From Takakia lepidozioides (taxonomy: Eukaryota; Plantae; Bryophyta): a DNA stretch of 64,000 nucleotides. The notes under the pieces were generated by a model. It saw only the letters and a list, made by a program, of their open reading frames with translations, had not been told where the DNA came from and did no database searches. The stretch spans positions 70,308,001 through 70,372,000 of the forward strand of contig CM060733.1 of NCBI GenBank assembly GCA_030704615.1, written 5' to 3'. Below, one piece after another: positions 40,001-52,304 of the stretch. The translations under genes were made by a program, and so were the position numbers. The first letter of the stretch is position 1. Each line of letters starts with the position of its first letter.

Positions 40001-43000
40001 GTGTATGAATCTCGAACGGACGATCGAACTCCGGGATTTTCAAGACTAGAGCTTCCGCCATCTGCTGCTTCAATTCAGCAAAAGCTTGGCCACAAAAGGT
40101 GTTCCATGCCCAGACTTTGGATTTACACAGAAGGTCTGACAGCGGCCCCGCGATCTTGGCGAAATTTCTCACATACTTCCGGTAATAGGAGGCGAGTCCT
40201 AGGAAGGATCGCACTCCCGGGACTGAAGTCAGAGGCTCCCAGTCCAAGATTGCCCTCACCTTCCTGTCATCCAATCTGATCCCATCCTGTGTAATCACAT
40301 GCCCCAGGAACTCCACTTTTGTGACCCCGAATTTGCACTTTGAAGCTTTGGCATACAGCTTCCCTTCCCGCAATTTCTGGAACACCCTTTTGAGGTGCTC
40401 CAGGTGCTCCTCCTTTCTTTCGAATACACCAAGATGTCGTCGATGTACACGATCACAAAGTCATCCAACCACTCCTGGAAAAGGCTGTTCATCAGCGTGC
40501 TAAAGGTCGCGGGAGCGTTGGTGAGTCCAAAAGGCATCACCAAGAACTCATATGAACCATACCTTGTCCTGCACGCGGTCTTCTCATCATCTCCTTCCGC
40601 CACTCGAATTTGATGATAGCCGGAGCGCAGATTGATCCGGCTGAAATACTTCGCTCCTGCCAACCGATTGAAAAGGTCGTCGATCCTTGGCAAAGGGTAC
40701 CGGTTTTTGATAGTCACCTTATTCAAAGCCCTGTAATCGACACACATCCGCAGCGTCCCATCCTTCTTGTCTGCGAATAGCACCGGGGCTCCGTAAGGTG
40801 ACTTATTCAGCCGGATATACCCCTTTGACATTAGATCTTTGAGCTGAGTCTTCAGCTCGACCAACTCTCTGTGGCTCAACCGGTAGGGCGCCTTGGCAGG
40901 CGGTTCCGATCCCGGTATCACCTCAATCTTGTGGTCAACTCCTCTTCGCGGTGGCAAGCCGGTTGGTAAATCCTCTGGCATCACATCCTGGTATTTCTCC
41001 AAAATCCCCTTGATCCAATCTGGGCTCGGCTCCCCATCGCCTTCTTCCTTCACTTCTCTAATGTAGAGCAAAAACTGGGGCTCGTGTGCCTCCTCCACGG
41101 CCCACTCCCTTGCTGACAGAAGGTTTATTCTCCCTCCCACAGGTTTGGGCGTTTCCGACACTCGTAAGACCTCGCCACCATTCCCACATGGCAGCGTGAC
41201 TACTCTCTTGCGGCCATCTATGACCCCTCCGGATTTGCTCAAAAAGGTCATCCCCAAAATGAGATCCACTCCATCGATCTCGCAGATGGTGAAGTTCTCA
41301 CGTCCCTCCCAACTCCCCAGTTGAAGAGGAACATCAAACGCTAACATTGTCGCCAATTGCGGTTCTCTTTTGGCAGAACGCACCTCAATAGAGGCCCCCA
41401 CGTCACTTGTCGGGAGTCCCAGCTTTTGTGCCGTTGCCGGTGTCATGAAGGAGTGCGACGCTCCTGTGTCCACCAACATCGACACGTTAGTTCCGGATAT
41501 TATCCCATCCACGAACAATAACTGACTCCCTTTACGTAAGGCGCCAGTTTCCTGATACAACTCACAAGAAAATTTGCCTACCTTGCAAGTCTTGGCGACC
41601 ACTGCTTCCACCAAGCGACTGATGGTATCTTCCGACAGCTCTGTGGTTGCCCGAGTCATGTTCAATTGCCGGGGCTTCATGCACTTCTTGGCCATGTTCC
41701 CGGGCTCCCCGCAATTGAAACACACTCCATCAAAGGTCGCCTTCTGTCCGCCATAGGCCGCTCCACCCGCTTTTCCTTTCGAAGCACCGGGTGCCGCCTT
41801 GACTTGTGAAGGCCCTCCCTTCGATTTCCACGTGCAATTGTCGCCGCGTGGCCTATCCCACTTCTTTTCCGGTCGGAAGGAGTCACCTTCCCGCCGGGTC
41901 TTCTTGTGGTTCAGCTCCGTACGGCCTTGTCTTTCACCCTTAGGGACATCCGAGAAACATTCAGCCCTCTCAATTGCCTCGTTCAAAGTCTTAGGTGGCT
42001 TCTCCTCCAACTTCCGCCTGGCCCATGGGGCCAGTCCCGCCGCAAAGTTGAAGACCATTTCTGGTTCTGTCATGTCCGCGACTTTGAGCAACAGCACATT
42101 GAAAGCCTGGACATATCCCCGAATGTCATCTGTTTGCTTCAAATTCCTCATCTTGTCCCAGGCGAGCCAGGACGCGTTGAGGGGCACAAACTGCCTCTTC
42201 ATCAATTCCTTGAACCCACTCCAGTTCAAGGTTTCCGGGCTTGGACCTCGGTCGTGAAGGCGTTTTTGCCACCATTGTTGAGCATAGCCCCTCAAATAGG
42301 TGGGAGCCACTTCTATCCGATCCTCGTCACTCAACTTGGCCGCCCGGAAGTACTGCTCTAGCTCCAAGAGCCAGGTGTTGAGTGCCTTCCGATTTTGGAC
42401 GCCCTCGAAGGTGTCGGGTTCCTTAGGCTTCACCTTAAACTTTGCCGTAGTGGAAGTGGCATTAGCCGCCTTCAACACGTCTTTCAACGTCCCGCCAAAT
42501 TGCGCCAACAACCCTTCCCAAAAGGCTGCCGGCATGGGAGACATCTGTTGGTCGGTCGGAGCTCTCAGGGATTCCTCAGGCTCCGACTCCTCAGATTCCT
42601 CCCGCTCTTGAGCGACCTCGTTTTCAGAAACATGAATCGCTTCCTCAAACGGCCGCCTCGGTGACACGTCGCCCCCATCGGGCTCACCGGGATCATCATC
42701 TTTTGGGCCGTTCCGCTTTTGCTTTGGCTTGCCCGACCCCATGATGAGGCCAATCCCAAGGACGATCGCGTACTGAACTCTAAGCTCTGATATCAAGTGT
42801 CGCGCACCTCACTTCGGTAAACCCCCCCCCCCCCCCCCCCCCTCAAGTCATAGTTACTCGCTTGATGCGCGCGCCTAACTCCCAACCTGGCCGCCGGGCC
42901 AACTTGGAGCTTCGGCTGCTCACCGGGGCATAACGGTCCCCCTATGATCTCCCAAAGAACCCTCCAACGATTTGGAACCAGCGGAATTCCCTTTGGCAGT

Positions 43001-43541
43001 TGGCAGTCCGGAATAGCTCCCCACTCTTTGGTCGCTTTCCGGCTCGCTCGTTTACTCATTAGTTTTTGGTCACCAACGGGCTTGCACCGTTCTCGGGGTT
43101 ACTACTCCCTATATATACTTCTGTAGCTGTCCGCGGGGGTTTCACAAACAACCATGCCATTTTATGGCGAACCACCACGAACACCCTCGACTCCCGGTGA
43201 TGAGTCGCGGTGAGTCTTGGCCCACCCACCACGGCCCCTATGGACCGTGATGAGTCCCAAGACTCCCCACGACTCCCACCACGAGGTCTCCGCCCCAGGG
43301 TGAGTCCTATGCCACCCCCACTAAGTCCCGCTAAGCTACCACCACCCCTTGTGGAGCCACCCCCACCGCAACCCAATGTGCGGGGCTCCACCTAGTGAGC
43401 GCCTCCGCCTCCTTGAGTGCCTTGGGCACTCAAGGGTGCTTCAGCCCCCCCCCCCCATACCTATCGCTGCGACTGCCCCCACCACAGGGGCAGCCCCTCT
43501 TGTGTCCCGACCCCCTGCCCTCAAGGCAAAGGGCCGCGACA
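37034..43541 (-). mobile_element. Full-length but mutated chromovirus (Ty3/gypsy) LTR retrotransposon
   Basis: LTRs at 42798-43541 and 37034-37280 (the latter internally deleted). TSD TTTGG at 37029-37033 and 43542-43546. tRNA-iMet-type PBS tgatatcagagc at 42784-42795, and a PPT-like tract at 37281-37295. Confidence 0.92.
38182..42743 (-). pseudogene. gag-pol polyprotein (gag, Zn knuckle, PR, RT, RH, INT, chromodomain) with frameshifts
   Basis: [39 protein letters not shown]...CTTC, MDFMT/SDRD and YEVEAVLKSRRFKNRETEYLVKWKGY. The frame breaks at about 40390, 39300 and 38950. Confidence 0.92.
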
Positions 43542-46500
43542 TTTGGCGACCGTACTGGGAGACTGGGTCATGAACAACCAGATGTGACAGGCGTCTGGTG
43601 GGATCATGGTGGTTGGAGAATTAAAGAATTTGATGTGAATCAAATTCCCTGTAAAACTGAGAAGGAAAGATTGTCCAAACAATTCTTTCAGAGGTTCTTA
43701 GAATTGCCAGACGGTTGTAAAGAAAACATTCTTAAGAGAGTGCATGATGTTGACCCTGAGTGGGGTCTGGAGAAAGGAGTGATAAAGATTTATCAGGTGG
43801 CCTGTAGGGGAAGAGTACGTTGGTTACCAACACTGGTTTATGTGATAGCATTGCTATCCATTAAGCGAGTAGAGTTTGAAGGCTGGGAGGAAAGGAAGGT
43901 GAATGTTTATACTCATATGCATGAAGAGCTTGTACTGGTAAAGAATTGGATTCCAAAGGATATTCTGTGGATCAAACTCACACCAAGAACAACTTTCCAG
44001 ACTTGTTTGCCATATGGGTATATGGTAACGGAGACTTCTAGTATAGCCAAGGGTGCATTGAAGCTTGAAAGAAACCCAGGCATATACGAGAGATACTACA
44101 GAAGAGAGTTTTGGTTATTGCCACATTAAAGAAATGAAAGACATGGGACATGAGTGATGAAAGAGAAGCTAGACTCCAGAGATATTCAGCAAAAAGAGAA
44201 AGTTATCTGAAAGCTAATTATCCATATATTTGGGAGAGAGGAATAGACATAGGGGAATCATCTGGACCTCTCACACCATTAAGATCAGAGAGTACATCAC
44301 CCATACCGGAAGAACTAGAGTTGGATGCCACTCCTTCTTTTTCTTGGCAAGAAAGATTAAGGGAATTGGTACTGGAAGAAGATCAACCATGAGGTGAAAG
44401 ATCTTAGGTATATCCTTGGATAAAAGATTTGACGGAAATTTTTGATAAGAGTTGGCATGGAACACCAAAAGCAGGAACTCCAGTTTCTGAGACGGAAGAT
44501 GAAGAAGGAAGAGAGGATGTGGGAGCCAACGGAGAGTTCAGACTCTCCAACACCATTGCAGTTGAGTTACATGAGTGAAGAAGAAACCCAAGGGTAGAAC
44601 TTGGAGGATGAGAAGAAATTGGAAGAGGAAGAGTATAAAAAAGTAGACCCAAAAGCTGAGGTTGAGACTACAACCAGGACATCCCAACCCGTTGGACGTG
44701 GATCAAGTGGAGCACTTGGATCACAGGCCAACGAAGGTGTCGGCTTAGGGGGATCAGGCGGGCAGCCTGGATCTGACTCTGGGGGGACAGGGAGTGTGGG
44801 AAGTAGTGCAACTGGAGCTGGGAATACTGTGAATATCGTGGGGCCAGTAGCAGGGAGTGCTCAGGGGCCACCACTTGGTGGAAGATCCACCACAACTACA
44901 ACAGGTCCTCAAGGACCAGCACCAGCAAGGGGGCCAGCATCTGTCAGTGGGCAGAAGGTAGGGCCACAGATGGCGTTACAACCAACACGGGCAAAACCAC
45001 CTTTTCCAATATATTCAGGAAAAGGGGATCCTGATGTACACATTAGCCAATTTGAGCACATGTGTATTGTGAACAATGAGAATGGCGATGATGCCAAGAT
45101 GAGATTGTTTCCTTGTTCACTTATCAAGAAAGCAAGTGAATGGTATGCAAGATTCCCTGATAATCATTTCCTAACCTGGAATGGCTTGAATACAACATTC
45201 CGAAATAGGTTCAGGACAAGTAAAACTGAGGATGAAGTGTATGGAAGTTTACAACAGTTAGAGCAAAAGAAGCATGAAACTGTTGAGGAGTATCAATCCG
45301 TGCTCTTTCTGGTGTTCTTTCCTCTCCTCCACTTTCCACCGTATGGGTAATTGCAAGGGCTGCTCTTGCCCGTGATGGTCTAACCGGTGTGTTACTGCCT
45401 CTTTGTGGTGTCTTGGAGGGATCCACCGTCTCTGTGCGTCCCTCGCTTACATTGGCATCTGTCATTTGGGCACCCTTGGCCTCTTCAGTGGCCTTTTCTC
45501 TTTCCTCCTGGCTAGCATTCTGTCTCGCCTGTTCTTTTGCCCTCTCTTTTGCCCTCTCACGGGCTTTTTGTTTCTTACTAGGGCTAGCAGCAGGGGAGCC
45601 CGGATGGACGACCACCTTTGATTGAGGCAAACTGACACCCTCGCGCGCACCGCTCACTCCCCCCTCCGCAGCCCGTGACGGCTCTCTCGCCGGGGATTGC
45701 ATGTGCTTAGCTTTCTTCTTCTTCTTTGCGTGGGCGGGCCCTACTGCATGTGCATCAACAACCTCCATTGCCGGATCTGCTGTCCTCACGTCCTCACGCC
45801 CTTCACCTGCCATGCCGCCTGCACCAACCTCCCCAATGCCTATTCTATCGTACTCTCGCTGCAGGTCCTCCTGTCCACCAACAAAAGGTTGAAGTTTGCC
45901 CTCTCGCCCCAAGTTGGGCGATTCAAACATGCGATGAGTTGGAGCGGTCGATGATACCACCAGCGTGCCGGGCTCGTCGTCACTCTGTCATTCCCAAAAT
46001 CGTCAGAACCAACATCGGTGCCAAAACCAGCATCGCAGCGAGCAGCGCAACCACCATAGCAACAATCGTGGAACAACAATGAAAACAAATCCAACCAATG
46101 CCTAAGAATGACATGCACAAGCAGCCTTCTCCAGAGCTGCCGGCTTTGCACACGCATTGCAAACTATCTAAGGTTCACTCAACCGGTAATATGAATGTGC
46201 AAAGTGCCAGAATGAAGGCCATACCACCACTGAATGCCACATGTACTATCTGTAAAATGGATAACCATTCTACTGAGAATTGTTACTACAACAGAAGGAC
46301 AACAGCTAGAGAACCTAGGCAAGTAAGGGTGCATCAAGTGCAGCCCCAGCCAAGAAGAAACAGTGATCAAGACCACTATGGTAGGCCTGGTGGTTATAAC
46401 AATGGCATGGAAGGAAGAGGTAATCCAAGAGGGAATTACCAAGGAAATTCCAGAGGCAACTATCAGGGTAATCCAAGGGGGAATTACCAGCCAGGGAGTC

Positions 46501-48452
46501 AGGATTACAAAAACAATTCCAGAACAGACCAAGGGCGAGGACCTAATGGGGAAGAACTGTGTTACTATTGTAATCAGGCAGGCCATCGCAAGGCAGCCTG
46601 TCGATTCTGGATTAGACACCAGAATGAGATGAGAGCTCCTGTGAATGAGGGGCCAGTGGTGGCAGCTCACATGGTTAGGCCATGTGTTGTAGCAGAAGTA
46701 AGTACAATGATATTAACGAGAAGCAAAGCCAAACTAATACCTCCAGTAGATGAGGAAGATGATGATAATGAAGATGGCAGTGATGTGCCTGAAGATGATG
46801 AGGCTTGGAGAGATGAGAAGAAACTGCACAAGGAAGTGGCAGATACCATAAGGGAAATGCAGAAGAGTACTGATATTCCTATGGCAGATTCCTCTGATTC
46901 TGATAGAGAAGAGGAAGTGAGAGAGGATGAAGGGAAGAAAGAAGCTGCAGACATGCAGAGTAATGAAGGGACTTTGGCTGAAGTAATATGCCAGTCCAAA
47001 GCGGAGATTACCATTGGACAGCTATTGGCTGTGGCACCTTATTGTAGACACAGGCTGTATCAAGCAATCAATCAAATTGCTCATGTGATAGGGAACACAG
47101 ACCTGAACAGCAAGGTGACCAGTTATAATGTGAAGCCGGAAGGGCGAGAAACAGTCATGGACTTTGATGATTCTATGCCAGTAATCCAATTGAGAATTGG
47201 AAGCACAGAACTGATGTACTGGTAGATGGAGGCTCTGGAGTGAATATCATGACAGACCAATTAAGGCAGAAGCTTGGTCTAAGTAACATGAAACCAGCCC
47301 CATTTACAGTAACAATGGCAGATCAAAGAAGTGTACAGCCATTGGGATTGATAAGAGGAGTTAAGATACAGATTCAAAAGATGATCTTTATGATCACAGT
47401 AACTGTGTTGAAAATGGATGAAGTCATGGAGGCTTACTCCTTATTGTTGGGACGTCCGTGGCTGAAACAGGCCAGGGTATTCCATGACTGGAATTCCCAG
47501 TTACTAACTGTGCATGATGGGATGCACAAGATACAAATTACCACTAAGAAATCTAGTAGATTACCTGCTACAAGAAGACCTCGAGGGGTCAGGGAGTATG
47601 ACTGGAGGGGAGGACTTGATGAGGAGCAGGAAGCTACCGTGTTTGCTGCACACCCAGAGTGGGAGCAGGTTGCAGAAATGCAGCTGGAAGGCCTAAGTTG
47701 TTTAAAAGGTATCTGCTGTGGTGTAGTGACAGCAACACCAATTGAAAGTGAAACAAGCACTTACCCACCACATTTCTATGAAGAAAGAGAAGGAGAAATG
47801 GAAATCCTAGAGGAACCAGCCACTGTGAGTTTACAGGATGAAGTGATGACTGGTTGGACAATCACAGCTGATGAGCAGGTGAGAGAAGTGAATGTGGGAA
47901 CTGAAGAGGAACCGAGGATGGTGAAGGTAGGGGCTGATTTGGAGCCAGAATTCTTTGAGGAAGCTAAGAGTTTGTTCATCAAATACAGAGATGTATTTGC
48001 TTGGAGCTACGAGGATCTAAAAGGGATACCACCTGAGATCTGTCAGCATAAGATTGAACTGGAACCAGGGTCAGTACCAATCAAACAGGCAAGGTACAGA
48101 ATGAATCCCAACTATGCACGGAAGGTTGGAGAAGAGATCAAGAAGTTGGCTGAGGCTAAGTTTATATACCCAATAGAGTATACAACTTGGTTGTCACCCA
48201 TTGTGATAGTTCCCAAGAAGAATGGTAAACTGAGAGTTTGTGTGAACTATAAGAAGTTGAATGCTTGCACGAAGAAAGATCTTTTCCCTTTGCCATTCAC
48301 AGAAGCGGTATTGGACACTGTGGCAGGCCATGAGATGTACTCATTCATGGATGGCTTCAGTGGTTATAATCAAGTGCAAGTGGCAGAAGAAGACCAGGGA
48401 AAGACAGCTTTCATCACAGACTGGGGTGCTTATGCATACAAAGTCATGCCTT
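43542..48452 (+). mobile_element. Non-chromovirus Ty3/gypsy internal region: PBS, extra 5' ORF (~43570-44129), interrupted gag, PR, and RT truncated at YKVMPF
   Basis: PBS-like tggcgaccgtactggga. Gag motifs YSGKGDPDVHISQF...LFPCSL..KASEWY, Zn knuckles CTICKMDNHSTENC and CYYCNQAGHRKAAC, DVLVDGGSGVNI (frameshifted), and RT WLSPIVIVPKKNGKLRVCV, SFMDGFSGYNQV. Confidence 0.88.
45530..46193. repeat. Segment duplicated in inverted orientation at ~51596-52305
   Basis: Near-identical ORFs appear on opposite strands (45211-45960 minus vs 51877-52497 plus; 45726-46082 plus vs 51755-52111 minus). Confidence 0.9.
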
Positions 48453-48780
48453 TCGCGGATTGTTTCGTGGAAGGCGCCAGGATAGAAGGTGCATTTGGCG
48501 GGCAAATGAAGTCCCCAACAGCCCTGTATATGACGTTGTCCGATGGTGGAACTCGCCATTCCCTGCCATCGCCGAAATCATCGTGGAGCACAACAATAGT
48601 CTCGATAACAACGTCGTTTGAGTCCTTCCTTTCCTCCTCCAAAAAAACCGACCCCGGTTTCAGGTGGTATCGAACGCACAAATATTTCTCCATCACCCGG
48701 CAGATGTCCCCTCTGCACGGAAATGAAGCTCTATGCTCATGAGGAGGGCAGTACACTATAGCGCTCGGGTTTTCCGCCAT
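48453..48780 (-). pseudogene. 5' fragment of a related MULE transposase ORF inserted into the gypsy RT
   Basis: MAENPSAIVYCPP...YLCVRYHLKPGSVFLEEERKD...ETIVVL...EWRVPPSDNVIYRAVG aligns with MAPNSYAIVCCPP...LEEERKD...EWHVPPSDTILYRAVG at 61156-61420. Confidence 0.8.
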
Positions 48781-49029
48781 GGGAGATGTGCACACAAGAC
48801 TCCCAGGATGGTGTGCGGGCAAGCTCCCTGGTAGAAGGGGGATGCAGCGACGGGAAGGAATGCGGTGCCGATTTGTCCGAGCGACGAAGCCTGATCCAAA
48901 TCCAGGGAACCAACTATCTCAAAAATCCACAGTCAGAGTGTTAATGAACCTTGTCTCAGGAATGCGGCCCTTGGTCTTTGCGCAATAACTGCCAACGGTA
49001 TGCAGTCAGAAAGTGGGGGGCCGTCCGGA

Positions 49030-50900
49030 TGATGTCGGCTGAAGGGGAGAAGCCGGCACCGTGCCGTCACATTACTACCCCCGGATGAAAATTCGGCACC
49101 GAATATCCAGCAGGGGCCGCACGTATGAAGTCGCCTCGGGCAGAGAGGCCGGAACCTGTCCGACAGAGAACAACCCCCGGATGGAAATTCAGCGCCGACT
49201 TTCAATTCGGATCCCCCCTAAGGAAGTCGTGTCGGGGGGGCAGGCCGAAAACTGGCTGACATAAAAACCTCCCAGGATGGAAAAACGGCGCCGAATTTCC
49301 ATCCGAGGCCGTTCGGATGCAGTCGGCTCGGGGGAAAGGCCGCCACCTGGCCCTCACATTACAACCCCCGGACGGAAATTCGGCACCGAATATCCAACAG
49401 GGGAAGCCCGGATGAAGTCGCCTCGGGCGTAGAGGCCGGCGCCTGTTCGACAGAGAGCATCCCCTGGATGGAGATTCGGCGGCGAATTTCCATCCGGACC
49501 CCCCCAAAGGAAGTCGTGTTGGGGGGGCAGGCCGAAAACTGGCCGACGTAAAAACCTCCCTAGATGGGAAAACGGCGCCGAATTTCCGTCCGAGGCCGTT
49601 CGGATTTCCCTCTAGCAGTCAAGGATTCCATGAAAAACGTGTCTAAAAGTGGACTTCAGCCACAAAACTAGCAGTTTAGTTTGTTTTTCTCCGAAAAACC
49701 AAGCGGCCACGCTCAGAATTACCTGCAGGAAGGTAATTCGGCGCTTCGACTTACCTGGCGAATGGAAATTCGGTGCCGAATTTCCATCCGCCAGCGATCC
49801 GAGTTACCTGCTGGATGGAAATTCGGCGCCGGATTTCCATCCATCCGGGCTTCGAATTACCTGCAGGATGGAAATTCGGCGCCGAATTTCCATCCTGATC
49901 CGCTCCGAATTACCTGCATGACGGAAATTTTGCGCGACGCCCTACCTGCCGGATGGAAATTCGGCGCCGGATTTCTATCCATCCGCTCCGAATTACCTGC
50001 GTGGCGGAAATTTCGCGCACCGCCCTACCTAGCAGGATGGAAATCCGGCGCCGAATTTCCATCCATCCGCTCTCCGACCAACCTGGCGGATGGAAATCCG
50101 GCGCCGGATTTCCATCCATCCGTCTCCGAATTACCTGCGTGGCGGAAATTTCGCGCGCCGCCCAAATTGGCAGGATGGAAATCCGGCGCCGGATTTCCAT
50201 CCATCCTGCTCCGAATTACCTGCGTGGCGGAAATTTCGCGCGCCGCCCTACCTGGCAGGATGGAACGGCGCCGGATTTCCATCCATCCGGCTCCGAATTA
50301 CCTGCGTGGCGGAAAATTCGCGCGCCGCCTTACCTGGCAGGATGGAAATCCGGCGCCGGATTTCCATCCATCCGGCTCTGAATTACCTGCGTGACAGAAA
50401 ATTCGCGTGTCGCCCTACCTGGCAGGATGGAAATCCGGCGCCGAATTTCCATCCATCCGCTCTCCGACCAACCTGGCGGATGGAAATCCGGCGCCAGATT
50501 TCCATCCATCCGTCTCCGAATTGCCTGCGTGGCGGAAATTTTGTGCGCCGCCCTTCCTGGCGGGATGGAAATCCGGCGCCGGATTTCCATCCATCCGGCT
50601 CCGAATTACCTGCGTGGCGGAAATTTCGCCCGCCGCCCTACCTGGCAGGATGGAAATCCGGCGCCGGATTTCCATCCATCCAGCTCCGAATTACCTGCGT
50701 GACGGAAATTATGCGCGCCGCCCTACCTGACAGGATGGAAATTCGGCGCTGAATTTCCATCCTGCTGCGCTCCGAATTACCTGCATGACGGAAATTTTGC
50801 GCGCCGCCGTACCTGGCGGATGGAAATCTGGCGCCGGATTTCCATCCATCCGCGCTCCGAATTACCTGCAGGATGGAAATCTGGCGCCGGAATTCTATTG
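49030..50900. repeat. Subterminal-like tandem arrays (~288-bp units, then 85/53-bp units) built on the palindrome GGATGGAAATCCGGCGCCGGATTTCCATCC
   Basis: A perfect 30-bp palindrome lies at 50340-50369, with more than 15 perfect or near-perfect copies in 49760-50900. Confidence 0.95.
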
Positions 50901-52304
50901 TGTTGCGCTCCGTATTACCTCTACGTTGGGAATTCCGGGCCGAGTTGCGTCATATTTCATCCGACAGGGAGGGCTTCATCCGATATTTAATTGCGTAGTT
51001 GGGCATTAAATGTCCACCGCCGTCCGTTTTTATTCGGGTTGGCGACACATGGCTTCCTCGATACGTACCCTAAATCTGATGCTAATCTTGGATTAACTTC
51101 TATTCGAGGTATGTACCCCAAAAAACTGAGATTTTTTTCTATTTTGGCTGGGACTTATGCCGCCTGAAGGGCGTGGCTCTCCTGAGAGAGACCTCACATC
51201 GAGACCGCGGCGGAAGTTGAAAGCTTTGTACTACGGACGACGGCCAATCTCTCGCATGGCCAAACTTAAGCTCTAGCAGGAGATTCCAGTGTCTTGCTCA
51301 CAATCCGCGCCAACTGAAGCCGAGTACTCTCAGGCAAGCCACTTCTGCTTTCGCTTTGTTCGCTTTCGCTTTTGCTTTTGCTTTGTTGTTTCGCTTTGTT
51401 TTTGCATCTTCATCCTGGCGTCGCTGGAAGCATATGGCTGCATCGCAAAAGCAGCAGCTGTTGCGAAGAATGATCAAGGTCTGAGTGGTTAAAAATTAAG
51501 GAAATCCATGTTGAGCTGAGAAGATGAAGTGTCTTCAAAACATTTCACCCTGTTTTCCCGTCTTATGGAATTCATGATCATTTGTTCATCGTGTTTCATA
51601 TTACCGGTTGAGTGAACCTTAGATAGTTTGCAATGCGTGTGCAAAGCCGGCAGTTCTGGAGAAGGCTGCTTGTGCATGTCATTCTTAGGCATTGGTTGGA
51701 TTTGTTTTCATTGTTGTTCCATGGCACTCCATACTTCCTAAACTTGTTTTGTTTTCATTGTTGTTCCACGATTGTTGCTATGGTGGTTGCGCTGCTCGCT
51801 GCGATGCTGGTTTTGGCACCGATGTTGGTTCTGACAATTTTGGGAATGACAGAGTGACGACGAGCCCGGCACGCTGGTGGTATCATCGACCGCTCCAACT
51901 CATCGCATGTTTGAATCGCCCAACTTGGGGCGAGAGGGCAAACTTCAACCTTTTGTTGGTGGACAGGAGGACCTGCAGCGAGAGTACGACAGAATAGGCA
52001 TTGGGGAGGTTGGTGCAGGCGGCATGGCAGGTGAAGGGCGTGAGGACGTGAGGACAGCAGATCCGGCAATGGAGGTTGTTGATGCACATGCAGTAGGGCC
52101 CGCCCACGCAAAGAAGAAGAAGAAAGCTAAGCACATGCAATCCCCGGCGAGAGAGCCGTCACGGGCTACGGAGGGGGGAGTGAGCGGTGCGCGGGAGGGT
52201 GTCAGTTCGTCTCAATCAAAGGTGGTCGTCCATCCGGGCTCCCCTGCTGCTAGCCCTAGTAAGAAACAGAAAGCCCGTGAGCGGGCAAAAGAACAGGCGA
52301 GACA

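Noticed and set aside
42784-43560. A genuine bidirectional LTR shared by two retrotransposons
   Set aside because: The TTTGG TSD and the upstream LTR end at 37028 explain it as a nested insertion.
49760-50900. CRISPR-like array (30-bp palindromic repeat with regular spacing)
   Set aside because: The spacers are themselves repeated rather than unique, there are no cas genes, and the context is eukaryotic.
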